64,000 nt of DNA from a virus. Its lineage: Duplodnaviria > Caudoviricetes. Under the pieces are notes generated by a model. It was not told the DNA's origin. It ran no database searches and worked only from the letters and a program-made list of their open reading frames with translations. Position 1 is the stretch's first letter. Every line of letters begins with the position of its first letter. The stretch covers positions 106,978 to 170,977 of the IMG/VR virus record IMGVR_UViG_3300028832_000097. The stretch is one strand, 5' to 3'. This document shows positions 1 to 7,475 of this stretch, in pieces. The position numbers were made by a program, and so were the translations under genes.

Positions 1-756
1 CAATTCATAAGCAGTATCGTACATCTTCTGCTTAGCACGCTTATAGTTCACTTCTGCATTCTTATCAAAATCAGCTGCAGGATTTATCTTGATTATAGTT
101 TTGCAAATCTTCCATACCGAACGCCCGCTGTTATCTACATACAAGAATTTATAACTATGATAGTATGTGAATTTATCATATTTCGCTGTATACGAATCGG
201 ATATCTGTAAATTTATGTCGCTATATTTATCAATCAACTGAAGCTTATAGTCGTCCAATTTCTTGTCTACAAATGTAGCAAGCTCAGTTACATCAACATC
301 ATCATGTAAATCAGAACCTGCACCACCTCGAACATCTACACATAACGCAACAAATTGTTTAGAAGAATCCCAAGAATCATAGATAGTACCATTTATGATT
401 GGCAGTATATGATTTGTTCTTCCGCGTTTTGCACGATCTTCAGTAGGTGAAGTAATTACTAACCAAGTACCGTTGGGGTGTGCATTTGCAAACTCCTCTA
501 CCGTACTAATAACCCCACCTGGAGGTGTTGTAATCTTATCACCACGACGCTGTATGAATTTGAAATATACGTCATGCTCGTTGTAAGCATAGCCACCGAC
601 ATCTCGCTTAATTTTATTTAACTCAGAAGCTACTTCATCATAATCCATGCGGTATGCAAGACTTAGACCACGCTTAACACAATCGCCTACAGACTTTCCT
701 CGAGTGTTTGCATTATAATAAACTAAATCGGAACCTAAGATAACTACTTTAGCCAT
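1..756 (-). CDS. Partial (3' end outside window) phage protein with putative papain-like Cys/His/Asp peptidase domain
   Basis: Not in ORF track. Manual translation from ATG 756: MAKVVILGSDLVYYNANTRGKSVGDCVKRGLSLAY...NHILPIINGTIYDSWDS. The DCVxR / H / YDSWDS pattern suggests a Cys-His-Asp triad. Confidence 0.55.
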   Translation of the reverse strand, partial: MAKVVILGSDLVYYNANTRGKSVGDCVKRGLSLAYRMDYDEVASELNKIKRDVGGYAYNEHDVYFKFIQRRGDKITTPPGGVISTVEEFANAHPNGTWLVITSPTEDRAKRGRTNHILPIINGTIYDSWDSSKQFVALCVDVRGGAGSDLHDDVDVTELATFVDKKLDDYKLQLIDKYSDINLQISDSYTAKYDKFTYYHSYKFLYVDNSGRSVWKICKTIIKINPAADFDKNAEVNYKRAKQKMYDTAYEL

Positions 757-1141
757 TGCATGCACACTCCTTGTGATCCATATATACATATGGCTTTTCA
801 GGTTTGTTACACTGTAGTGTATAATCGAAATAAAGGGTTACCACAATTTCATCGTTTGTTAGTCTCACCCGATACTTGTGATATCCTGCAGATAGATTCA
901 AAGAGTCTTTAGGAATATCTGCCCAAATATTGTGCGGTTCACGCTTAGTAGTTTCTAATATGTTTTCCGGTTCATCAATGTTACTACCTACTTCAAAGAT
1001 ATCTACAATATCAAAAGGTCTAGCCCAAGTAGGAAGTTCAAGATACACTGTATCTGAAATTTCATAACATGAAATTACTTCACTGTTTCCATATAATTCT
1101 GAAGATTTACGGGCAATGAATTTGATTACCGGATATTCCAT
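749..1141 (-). CDS. Hypothetical protein
   Basis: ORF track; start moved to ATG 1141, which follows GGAGG. Confidence 0.6.
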   Translation of the reverse strand: MEYPVIKFIARKSSELYGNSEVISCYEISDTVYLELPTWARPFDIVDIFEVGSNIDEPENILETTKREPHNIWADIPKDSLNLSAGYHKYRVRLTNDEIVVTLYFDYTLQCNKPEKPYVYMDHKECACNG

Positions 1142-1143
1142 AA

Positions 1144-1410
1144 TCAGAAACCTCCAATTATCCAACGTTTGTTAGGATCTGCTGCACGATTATCTGAAAG
1201 AACTTGATAGCCGTTGGCTTCAAGTGCATCTTTTAAAGTATCAGGCATCTCTTTAGACCAGACTACAGTATGTGCACCAGTGTTTGCTGCTGTGTTGATC
1301 AAATAAGCAGCTTCCATCTCATATTGATCTTCAATTGCACCATCAGCAACAGTCTTGACAGCACTAGCAAGTTTGAGTTCATGTAATTCATCTTTTGGAA
1401 TAAGGCTCAT
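1144..1410 (-). CDS. Hypothetical protein
   Basis: ORF track; start moved to ATG 1410 after a GGAGG RBS; AACCTT motif at 1445-1450. Confidence 0.65.
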   Translation of the reverse strand: MSLIPKDELHELKLASAVKTVADGAIEDQYEMEAAYLINTAANTGAHTVVWSKEMPDTLKDALEANGYQVLSDNRAADPNKRWIIGGF

Positions 1411-1478
1411 AAATAACCTCCAATTAGAGTTGATATAATTAGTAAAGGTTAAAATTGGAGTTTTCAAATATAAGAAAA

Positions 1479-1630
1479 GCAAGTGTGCTGGAAGCAGCTT
1501 TCACCAATAAGGAGTGCTTCCAGCGGAATACTCAATCGCACTTGCAACGACCGGCTTTCATTTGCAGTTAGCTCGCACCTTACCACTCGACGTTAGTATT
1601 TCATTCCGCCTTTGCGCTACGTGGTATAGG
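1479..1630 (-). ncRNA. Putative structured RNA downstream of tRNA-Leu, ending in a U-tract
   Basis: Stems CCTATACCAC/GTGGTAAGG, GCAAGTG/CACTTGC and GCTGGAAGCA/TGCTTCCAGC, followed by TTTTCTT. Confidence 0.5.
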
Positions 1631-1633
1631 ACT

Positions 1634-1718
1634 TGGTGCGGATGACAGGACTTGAACCTGCACGCCTTGCGGCACGAGAACCTAAATCTCGCATGTCTGC
1701 GAATTCCATCACATCCGC
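1634..1718 (-). tRNA. tRNA-Leu (TAG)
   Basis: GCGGATG/CATCCGC acceptor, anticodon arm CGAGA-TTTAGGT-TCTCG, long variable arm, TTCAAGT T-loop, encoded ACCA. Confidence 0.95.
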
Positions 1719-1725
1719 GTTTAAA

Positions 1726-1925
1726 TCTGCCTACTCCCCACCGGGTTTGCGACAATGCGTAACCTCCGGTGGCTTTCGGCAAGGGCTCAACCCTTTTTGT
1801 CAGAGTTATCAGTCATGTCTCTGAGTTCCCGATAGCTCTAGACTGTATTTCGCAAGCACGGTGTTGACGATGAAGAGCCCAACCTCTTCTGGCAGGATAT
1901 CTCACCCTGGAGTTCCCTTTGTCTC
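1726..1925 (-). ncRNA. Putative multi-hairpin ncRNA with E-loop (AGUA/GAA) motif
   Basis: Stems CAGG/CCTG, GAAGAG/CTCTTC, TCAGAG/CTCTGA, AGGG/CCCT and TGCC-GAAAG-CCACCGG/CCGGTGG-GGAGTA-GGCA; CACCTT motif just upstream (1945-1950). Confidence 0.55.
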
Positions 1926-1980
1926 ATTTATATACCGCAAGTATAAGGTGGGTGGACTGTTGCAACAGTCCAGTGCGGAT

Positions 1981-2075
1981 TGGTACAGGACTACCCTCCC
2001 GTTGCAACGATTAACTCCACACGAACTTGTCTATCGGATTACTCCTGTATCGCTAAGAGTAGAGGTTTGTCCTGT
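1981..2075 (-). ncRNA. tRNA-like RNA with 7-bp acceptor stem plus ACCA but no canonical D/T arms
   Basis: ACAGGAC/GTCCTGT-ACCA closes a multibranch fold (CCTC/GAGG, TACTCT/GGAGTA, CGTT/AACG); begins directly after the CCA of the upstream element. Confidence 0.55.
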
Positions 2076-2172
2076 TGGTGAAGTAGGCAGGAGTTGAACC
2101 TGCAATTCTACAATATGTTTTGATCACATATAACGAGACACATCCGGCGTTTCCCTATTTCGCCACTACTTC
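2076..2172 (-). ncRNA. Pseudo-tRNA / tRNA mimic with intact acceptor, D and T arms and a replaced anticodon arm
   Basis: GAAGTAG/CTACTTC-ACCA, D-arm GCG-AAATAGGGAAA-CGC, T-arm GCAGG-TTCAACT-CCTGC; no canonical anticodon stem, displaced hairpin ATATGT-GATCAAA-ACATAT. Confidence 0.75.
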
Positions 2173-2207
2173 ATGTTGATAATAGTACTTAGGTACATAA
2201 CCAAGGT

Positions 2208-2705
2208 TTACTTCAACCCTAGAAATATAGGTTCAACCAATTTTCTATATTCGTCTACTCCATGATCTATTTTATCTAAGAGCAACGGCATTGTAGCGTC
2301 CTCAATCGCACAACAAATTCTCATGAGCAATTTTGCTGCTTCAGGTGTTACCTCAAATTCTGGATAATTACCTTTACCGTCATGATTGAATTTACCTGAA
2401 CGATTATCCGCTAAGAAGCCATACAACTCTTTCACATAATCGCTATTTGTATCACCCATGAAACAAAATAGGTTGTTGTGTAACATCTCCTTACTAGGTT
2501 TTTTAGTCTTTGGCTTGAGCGTGAAATCGTCTGCTGCTTGAATCCACTTTGCTACAGAAGTTATCCACCCATTGACATCATCTGGTCGAATATCTGAATA
2601 CATGAGAAGTTTGATAATATGTTCAATGATAACACTAGAGTAAGATCTCATAAGAGATCCTGCTCTGTCTTTGTCGGTAGACATAGCTAATATGTATCGT
2701 TTCAT
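2208..2705 (-). CDS. DUF29-like helical protein with MKRYI leader
   Basis: IIEHIIKLL...GWxxSV pattern resembles DUF29; AGGAGG RBS. Confidence 0.5.
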   Translation of the reverse strand: MKRYILAMSTDKDRAGSLMRSYSSVIIEHIIKLLMYSDIRPDDVNGWITSVAKWIQAADDFTLKPKTKKPSKEMLHNNLFCFMGDTNSDYVKELYGFLADNRSGKFNHDGKGNYPEFEVTPEAAKLLMRICCAIEDATMPLLLDKIDHGVDEYRKLVEPIFLGLK

Positions 2706-2724
2706 TTTTACATGCCCTCCTTAT

Positions 2725-2798
2725 TGGTACTAGATTTTTAAGAGAGAACCTAGCAAACTCCTGCAAGTTATGAAGCAACTACCACCTTGCTACGGCCC
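2725..2798 (-). ncRNA. Small RNA ending in an H-type pseudoknot plus ACCA
   Basis: GGAG-TTT-GCTAGGTT-CTCT-CTTAAA-AATCTAGT-ACCA; upstream hairpin GCAAG/CTTGC. Confidence 0.5.
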
Positions 2799-2811
2799 AT
2801 ATTATTTATAT

Positions 2812-2875
2812 AGCACTCCAAACCTCTTAATGAAGAGTAATCCCGTCAGATTGGTTGCATGGCCATCCGAGTGCT
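2812..2875 (-). ncRNA. Putative three-way-junction small RNA
   Basis: Closing stem AGCACTC/GAGTGCT encloses GGAT/ATCT and CTCTT/AAGAG hairpins, directly after the tRNA-Lys CCA. Confidence 0.4.
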
Positions 2876-2877
2876 TA

Positions 2878-2953
2878 TGGTGTTCCAGAGGCGACTCGAA
2901 CGCCCGACCCATTGATTAAAAGTCAATTGCTCTACCGACTGAGCTACTGGAGC
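2878..2953 (-). tRNA. tRNA-Lys (TTT)
   Basis: Canonical cloverleaf, anticodon arm ATTGA-CTTTTAA-TCAAT, TTCGAGT T-loop, ACCA; one C2-A71 mismatch. Confidence 0.95.
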
Positions 2954-3052
2954 ATAAATGCCATTTGTTTTCTTTTCAAAAACTACTGCCGATGGCTCGA
3001 CGGAGAGTAGGTTTTCATCTCTCGTGATCTCCGCAAAGATCACCCGCTATCC

Positions 3053-3129
3053 TGGTCTCCTGGACGGGAGTCGAACCCGTAAAACTCGGATTTTAAATCC
3101 GATACCTATGCCAATTCGGTTACCAGGAG
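3053..3129 (-). tRNA. tRNA-Leu (TAA) with short variable loop
   Basis: CTCCTGG/CCAGGAG-ACCA; anticodon arm TCGGA-TTTAAAA-TCCGA; variable loop only GTTTT. Confidence 0.9.
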
Positions 3130-3238
3130 ATGTAACTGGCTGTAACAGTAAGGGAGAAAGTAGTCCAGAGAACCCTTGCTACGAATTTCACGCAGATCTT
3201 AAGAAAGAAGACACCGTTCATCTACAGGAAGAACGATG

Positions 3239-3312
3239 TGGTCGGAGTGACAGGATTTAAACCTGCGCCCTCATGCTCCCAAAGCACGCGCTATCAGCTG
3301 CGCCACACCCCG
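3239..3312 (-). tRNA. tRNA-Pro (TGG), degenerate
   Basis: CGGGGTG/CACTCCG-ACCA, anticodon arm CGTGC-TTTGGGA-GCATG; T-loop TTTAAAT, D-loop lacks GG. Confidence 0.8.
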
Positions 3313-3316
3313 ATGA

Positions 3317-3470
3317 TTACTACCAAATGACTTTGGCCATTTGTAAACTAATTACTCAATCCTGGTTAGGCTCAGTTCAAGGCAGAGCTTCCAATAACGG
3401 CCTCACTTGTAATCCTTTAATTGAGTGATTACCTAACAGTTCACAAATAACCAGAGTCATCTGGTAGTAA
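3317..3470 (-). ncRNA. Putative ~155-nt RNA with a 32-bp closing stem and possible pseudoknot
   Basis: TTACTACCAGATGACTCTGGTTATTTGTGAAC pairs with GTTTACAAATGGCCAAAGTCATTTGGTAGTAA (4 G-U, 1 mismatch on minus strand); bulge GTTAGG is complementary to loop CCTAAC. Confidence 0.65.
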
Positions 3471-3575
3471 AAATGTCAGCAAACTTTAGAGAACTTTGTA
3501 CTAGTATTATCATACAAGAGAAATGTAAATCTGACATCCAAGTGCTGTTGCTTACTTGGTTTTCTTCTCTTTATG

Positions 3576-3650
3576 TGGTTGACGATGCAGGACTCGAACC
3601 TACAATAGTTGAGTCAAAGTCAACTGTGATAACCGTTTCACTAATCGTCA
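3576..3650 (-). tRNA. tRNA-Gln (TTG)
   Basis: TGACGAT/ATCGTCA-ACCA; anticodon arm GTTGA-CTTTGAC-TCAAC; TTCGAGT T-loop. Confidence 0.95.
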
Positions 3651-3671
3651 GTACATGATGCCTTTCTAAAC

Positions 3672-3862
3672 ATGTATTGAAGATGTACACAATGCAATGA
3701 GATGTGTGGTGTAGGTATCTCTTCTTAGGAGCGTGAATCGCGTTGTCATATCTTCGACTAATACATAAGCTTTCACCGGCAGTTTACGACAGATTAACGT
3801 ATGAACCTGTGTTGCTATATATTTACGGATGAATATTTGAATCGACAGTACGTAAACTTCGG
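3672..3862 (-). ncRNA. Two putative structured RNA domains at the 5' end of the RNA operon
   Basis: AGTTTACG/CGTAAACT closes 3776-3862; long interrupted stem ATGTATT..GAAGATATGACAACGCGAT / ATTGCATTGTGTACATCTTC..AATACAT spans 3672-3766. Confidence 0.45.
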
Positions 3863-3920
3863 AGGGCAAATAATTAACAATAGAATATTAAATTGTCAAG
3901 TTACTGTGTTATACACACTA

Positions 3921-3928
3921 TAACGATT
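3921..3928 (-). promoter_or_regulatory. Phage promoter motif class 1 (AATCGTTA) heading the RNA operon
   Basis: Close matches recur upstream of genes at 6386, 11657, 13589, 16975, 24189, 25059, 28560, 30486, 31067, 35144, 40065, 40852, 41406, 43379, 44294, 46443 and 48638. Confidence 0.75.
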
Positions 3929-3936
3929 CGTAAAAG

Positions 3937-4221
3937 TTAACTATCATTTGATCTACTAAGCATATCTTTTATAGTAGCATTTAAGGTTTCAAACGCCTTA
4001 TTAGTGCCATCATTCCAACCACGTGCATACGCATGGCTTAAAGTTTCTTCCGGATCCATTTCAATGTTGTGAGACATATCAGAATACGCAGTTAATTTTT
4101 GCAAACCGTGCTCGTCAAACACTAAGGAATTAAATCCCTTTACTTTATACAATTTATTCCCATTGTAGTCTAAATACATTTTATCAATTTCAATTATAAA
4201 CTTTTTACCAACGTAACTCAT
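3937..4221 (-). CDS. Hypothetical phage protein
   Basis: ORF track; AGGAGG upstream. Confidence 0.65.
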   Translation of the reverse strand: MSYVGKKFIIEIDKMYLDYNGNKLYKVKGFNSLVFDEHGLQKLTAYSDMSHNIEMDPEETLSHAYARGWNDGTNKAFETLNATIKDMLSRSNDS

Positions 4222-4237
4222 TCAATGTACCTCCTGC

Positions 4238-5353
4238 TTAAAATAGCTTCTTAACTCTTTTTATCTGTGTATCAGGGTTTAGCCCTTTAACACGATTTAC
4301 TCTATTATGAACACGCAACCTCAATGATTCTGAATCTACATGTAGTAGTTTTGCTGCTGACTCAATGCTTTCATACCTAACACCATCAATCTCGATAGGA
4401 ATTACTCTAGGATTATTTTCTGATCTATTACTATTGAGACCAGTTGCCCATGCATGATTTACATTTTCTTGATTAGTGACCCATTCAAGATTTTCTACTC
4501 GATTATCTGTTTTAACTCCATTTTTATGATTAACCTGAGGTTTATTTTCGGGATTAGGTAGGAATGCCATCGCAACTAACCGATGTAAGAATGCATCAAA
4601 TCTTGATTGGCTATCACCAGTTAGTGTTATTCTATGATAACCATCTTGGTCATAATCGGGTTCAAGTACCCTGCCATGAATAGTTATTAAATGATCTCCA
4701 CGTTGTTCCTTTCGAGGACATGTGTAAAATCGACCTAGCGAAGATATCATGTACCTACCTTCGTACCCTTCAACGTATTTCCACTCTTCAGTATCTAATG
4801 TAGGAGGATGTATACCAAGTTTCAGGTTATCTGCTTCATCGTTTGACATATCTCCATCAATATGTGTGATAGGCTCATCTATCCACCCTAAAAATGTGCT
4901 TGCTACTAGCTCCTCAACCCGGTATTCTTTATTATCAAGCATGATCTTGTTACTACAATTTATATTACCTTGCGCAATCTTAAGCAAGCTGTCTTCGGCA
5001 CAAGATTTGATTCTTCCTAAATTAGATACGCTATAATGTTTGAAAATCGGTAACCAAACTTCTCCAGGTAATGATTGTATTTGAGATTCACAGGTTAAAT
5101 TAGATACAGCACAATTGAACCTATCACCATCAACATGATGTAGTTTAATCAATTTTGGATCATATGTTGGATCTACAAATAATTGATATATCAGTACATC
5201 AAGTGTAAATTCTCTGTTACTACCATCTTTACGCAAACTAACTTTACCTGAAGAAGAGACTTTCAGCGGTGTATTCTTTCGCAGATTAATTATCTGCCCA
5301 CAATCTTGAGCAAGATACAATCCTTCATATCCTAGTACAGGTAACTCAATCAT
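4238..5353 (-). CDS. NUMOD4/HNH homing endonuclease with three tandem NUMOD4-HNH units
   Basis: EEWKYVEGYEGRYMISSLGR (NUMOD4); HRLVAMAF...VNHKNGVKTDNRVENLEW (HNH); two degenerate upstream units. Confidence 0.9.
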   Translation of the reverse strand: MIELPVLGYEGLYLAQDCGQIINLRKNTPLKVSSSGKVSLRKDGSNREFTLDVLIYQLFVDPTYDPKLIKLHHVDGDRFNCAVSNLTCESQIQSLPGEVWLPIFKHYSVSNLGRIKSCAEDSLLKIAQGNINCSNKIMLDNKEYRVEELVASTFLGWIDEPITHIDGDMSNDEADNLKLGIHPPTLDTEEWKYVEGYEGRYMISSLGRFYTCPRKEQRGDHLITIHGRVLEPDYDQDGYHRITLTGDSQSRFDAFLHRLVAMAFLPNPENKPQVNHKNGVKTDNRVENLEWVTNQENVNHAWATGLNSNRSENNPRVIPIEIDGVRYESIESAAKLLHVDSESLRLRVHNRVNRVKGLNPDTQIKRVKKLF

Positions 5354-5359
5354 ACTAGA

Positions 5360-6352
5360 TTAAAACAACCTCTTAGTACGCCTTATCTTATTAGGATCAT
5401 ATGCATATTTTGTGCCAATCAGCTTCTGAATACTGTGTATATTGAAAGCAACTCGTGCTGAAGAATCATTTCTAATCTGATCCATTGTTAAATTACACGC
5501 TGCAACTTCTTGCTCAAGAATCTTAACATTATGCTCATCTGCAAGTGAAAAGAAACTCATACTTGACTTATTCCTAGTTGTCCTATCACGATCTGTCACA
5601 GAAATTACACCAAATGTAGGTGAAAGAATTTTACAGTATGCAGCAATGTGTCTGTGACTTATTGAATCCGCGGAATAACAAGGAAGCTTGCTTAACCCTT
5701 CTAACGAAGTATATCCATACAAATGTGTTTTTACATTAGGATTAGACGAAGCATGGATCAAATCTGCACATTCTTTTAGGTAGATGTCCTTCATCGCTAC
5801 GCTGGCGTCATTCGCCGGCGACAACCCTATGTAATCTAAGGGTTCCCCATTTTCATCTGTCCATTCTAACATATCTTTCAACACCTGCATAGACTCTCCA
5901 TAATGGAATACAGGCATAACTTTATGTGGACTCTTAACTTTTGTACGCATATACAAAAAGTTTTCCCAAGATTTCTTTGCAGATTCTACATAATCTTCTG
6001 CAGATTTGGGCTGTCCAAACTTACCTGGAATAGTATCAAGTTGTGCGCACACATCAATATCATCGTCAATACTGTTTATATAATCAATGTATGCATCTTC
6101 CCAGTCTCTGAAGGTTGGCTGTTCAGTGCTCTTCCATCCGGGTAGTTTAGCGTTACCAGTATGTATACTAAACGCACCAGAATCAATAAACAACCATCTG
6201 CAAAATCCTTCATGTTTCCACTTAATAGTTTTAGTAATTGCACTGCGATCTAACTGAGTTATGAGTATATCTAGAGGTTCAAAATCTGGGATACCTACTA
6301 AATAATCATGCATTTGCTGTGTTAATGACCCTGACATTACATATTTTTCCAA
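5360..6352 (-). CDS. dpdA: TGT-fold guanine transglycosylase (DpdA-like, probable 7-deazaguanine DNA modification)
   Basis: FIDSGAFS, QLDxIP, PVFH, THLYG and SADS motifs of the TGT barrel; no CxCxxC zinc site; yhhQ and QueD-like genes in the same window. Confidence 0.7.
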   Translation of the reverse strand: MEKYVMSGSLTQQMHDYLVGIPDFEPLDILITQLDRSAITKTIKWKHEGFCRWLFIDSGAFSIHTGNAKLPGWKSTEQPTFRDWEDAYIDYINSIDDDIDVCAQLDTIPGKFGQPKSAEDYVESAKKSWENFLYMRTKVKSPHKVMPVFHYGESMQVLKDMLEWTDENGEPLDYIGLSPANDASVAMKDIYLKECADLIHASSNPNVKTHLYGYTSLEGLSKLPCYSADSISHRHIAAYCKILSPTFGVISVTDRDRTTRNKSSMSFFSLADEHNVKILEQEVAACNLTMDQIRNDSSARVAFNIHSIQKLIGTKYAYDPNKIRRTKRLF

Positions 6353-6401
6353 AATCCGCTACCTCCTAATTACTTATATGTAACATAACGATTTTGATGT
6401 A

Positions 6402-6695
6402 TCAAGAATTGTAGCCCCATTCACCCGTTACAGGGTCTAGTCCAATTGTGGAAGATCCGTCATTTCCGGATTCATTGGATGTATCATTAGTGTCAATTTG
6501 TATGGCATCAAATTTTATATTATCGCTTAGCATAGGGCAAGTTACTAAAGACCTATGGATCTGCTTAGCATTGTTTCCACCGGCAAGATTAATCACATTG
6601 TCTTCTCTACAAACAACAAGAAAAACTTCTTCAGTATCCGCATCTTCATATAGTATTACGTCCAATCTATCTTTGATTTTTCCACCAATCTTCAT
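6402..6695 (-). CDS. Hypothetical protein
   Basis: ORF track; in operon. Confidence 0.6.
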   Translation of the reverse strand: MKIGGKIKDRLDVILYEDADTEEVFLVVCREDNVINLAGGNNAKQIHRSLVTCPMLSDNIKFDAIQIDTNDTSNESGNDGSSTIGLDPVTGEWGYNS

Positions 6696-6698
6696 AGT

Positions 6699-7475
6699 TC
6701 ATACCCCATACTTGAAATCAAATGCAAACTTCGCAAGTACCGCATGCGAAGACATTCGTCTATATTCTAACTCATTCAATGTAGATATGCATAACTTTTT
6801 AATTTCTGGATTAGTTGTTGTATTAAGAATACAACGGAATACAAATCGCAGATTACTTTCTTCATTGTTATCATAATGCCCAAGTTTCCATGACAAATTA
6901 GAAACACTATCGTTACGTGACAAATTAGTTATACTTTGATAATATGATAGGTGTTCTGAGGAAAGTTTAACAATATCATCTATGTCCTTAAATGACATTA
7001 ATGCGCCATATATGGACATAGTTGTTAAATTTACCTTATCAGGATATTTTACAGTAAGATAATCTGTCAACTCCTGACGCGTAGGATGACCTACTGTAAC
7101 TACCACAGAACGACTTACAATTGTATTAGGTATTCTGTATCTGTTAGAACATGTGATAACAATATATATGTTACTTCTAGGTTCTTCTAAGAACTTAAGC
7201 ATAACATATGAAGAAGATAACTGACCAGAATCTAGCCCTTCAATACAGACAACTACAGGAGTATCTACATTGTAGCAATTTTCAAGCATTGTGCGGAGAT
7301 CAGCTACAGTAGAATTTATAGATACTATATCATTGATATCAAGTAACTTTCCATAATATGCAGCAAGATAGCTCTTACCACAGCCTGCAGGCCCTTCTAT
7401 CAATATACTGTGGCGCTTTGAATCTGCGCACTGCTTAAGTTCTAATATTGCAGCATCTTGACATCGTAGTATCAT
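6699..7475 (-). CDS. holB: Clamp loader delta-prime-like subunit
   Basis: HSILIEGPAGCGKS, LKFLEEP and IPNTIVSRS motifs. Confidence 0.75.
   Translation of the reverse strand: MILRCQDAAILELKQCADSKRHSILIEGPAGCGKSYLAAYYGKLLDINDIVSINSTVADLRTMLENCYNVDTPVVVCIEGLDSGQLSSSYVMLKFLEEPRSNIYIVITCSNRYRIPNTIVSRSVVVTVGHPTRQELTDYLTVKYPDKVNLTTMSIYGALMSFKDIDDIVKLSSEHLSYYQSITNLSRNDSVSNLSWKLGHYDNNEESNLRFVFRCILNTTTNPEIKKLCISTLNELEYRRMSSHAVLAKFAFDFKYGV

Noticed and set aside
2076-2172. TCA-containing loop as an opal suppressor or tRNA-Sec, implying a recoded genome
   Set aside because: The hairpin is misplaced and lacks U33; TGA and TAG both end intact genes here and no core gene is interrupted by stops.
1726-2172. 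tmRNA, RNase P RNA or hammerhead ribozyme
   Set aside because: No GGGG..TCCACCA tmRNA ends or tag frame, no RNase P P4 signature and no complete CUGANGA/GAAA core found by eye; cmscan is needed to be definitive.
1558-3869. Short ORFs in the track overlapping the tRNA region (1558, 1633, 1861, 2846, 2958, 3473, 3666)
   Set aside because: They overlap tRNAs or structured RNA, lack RBSs and read as tRNA-derived shadow frames.
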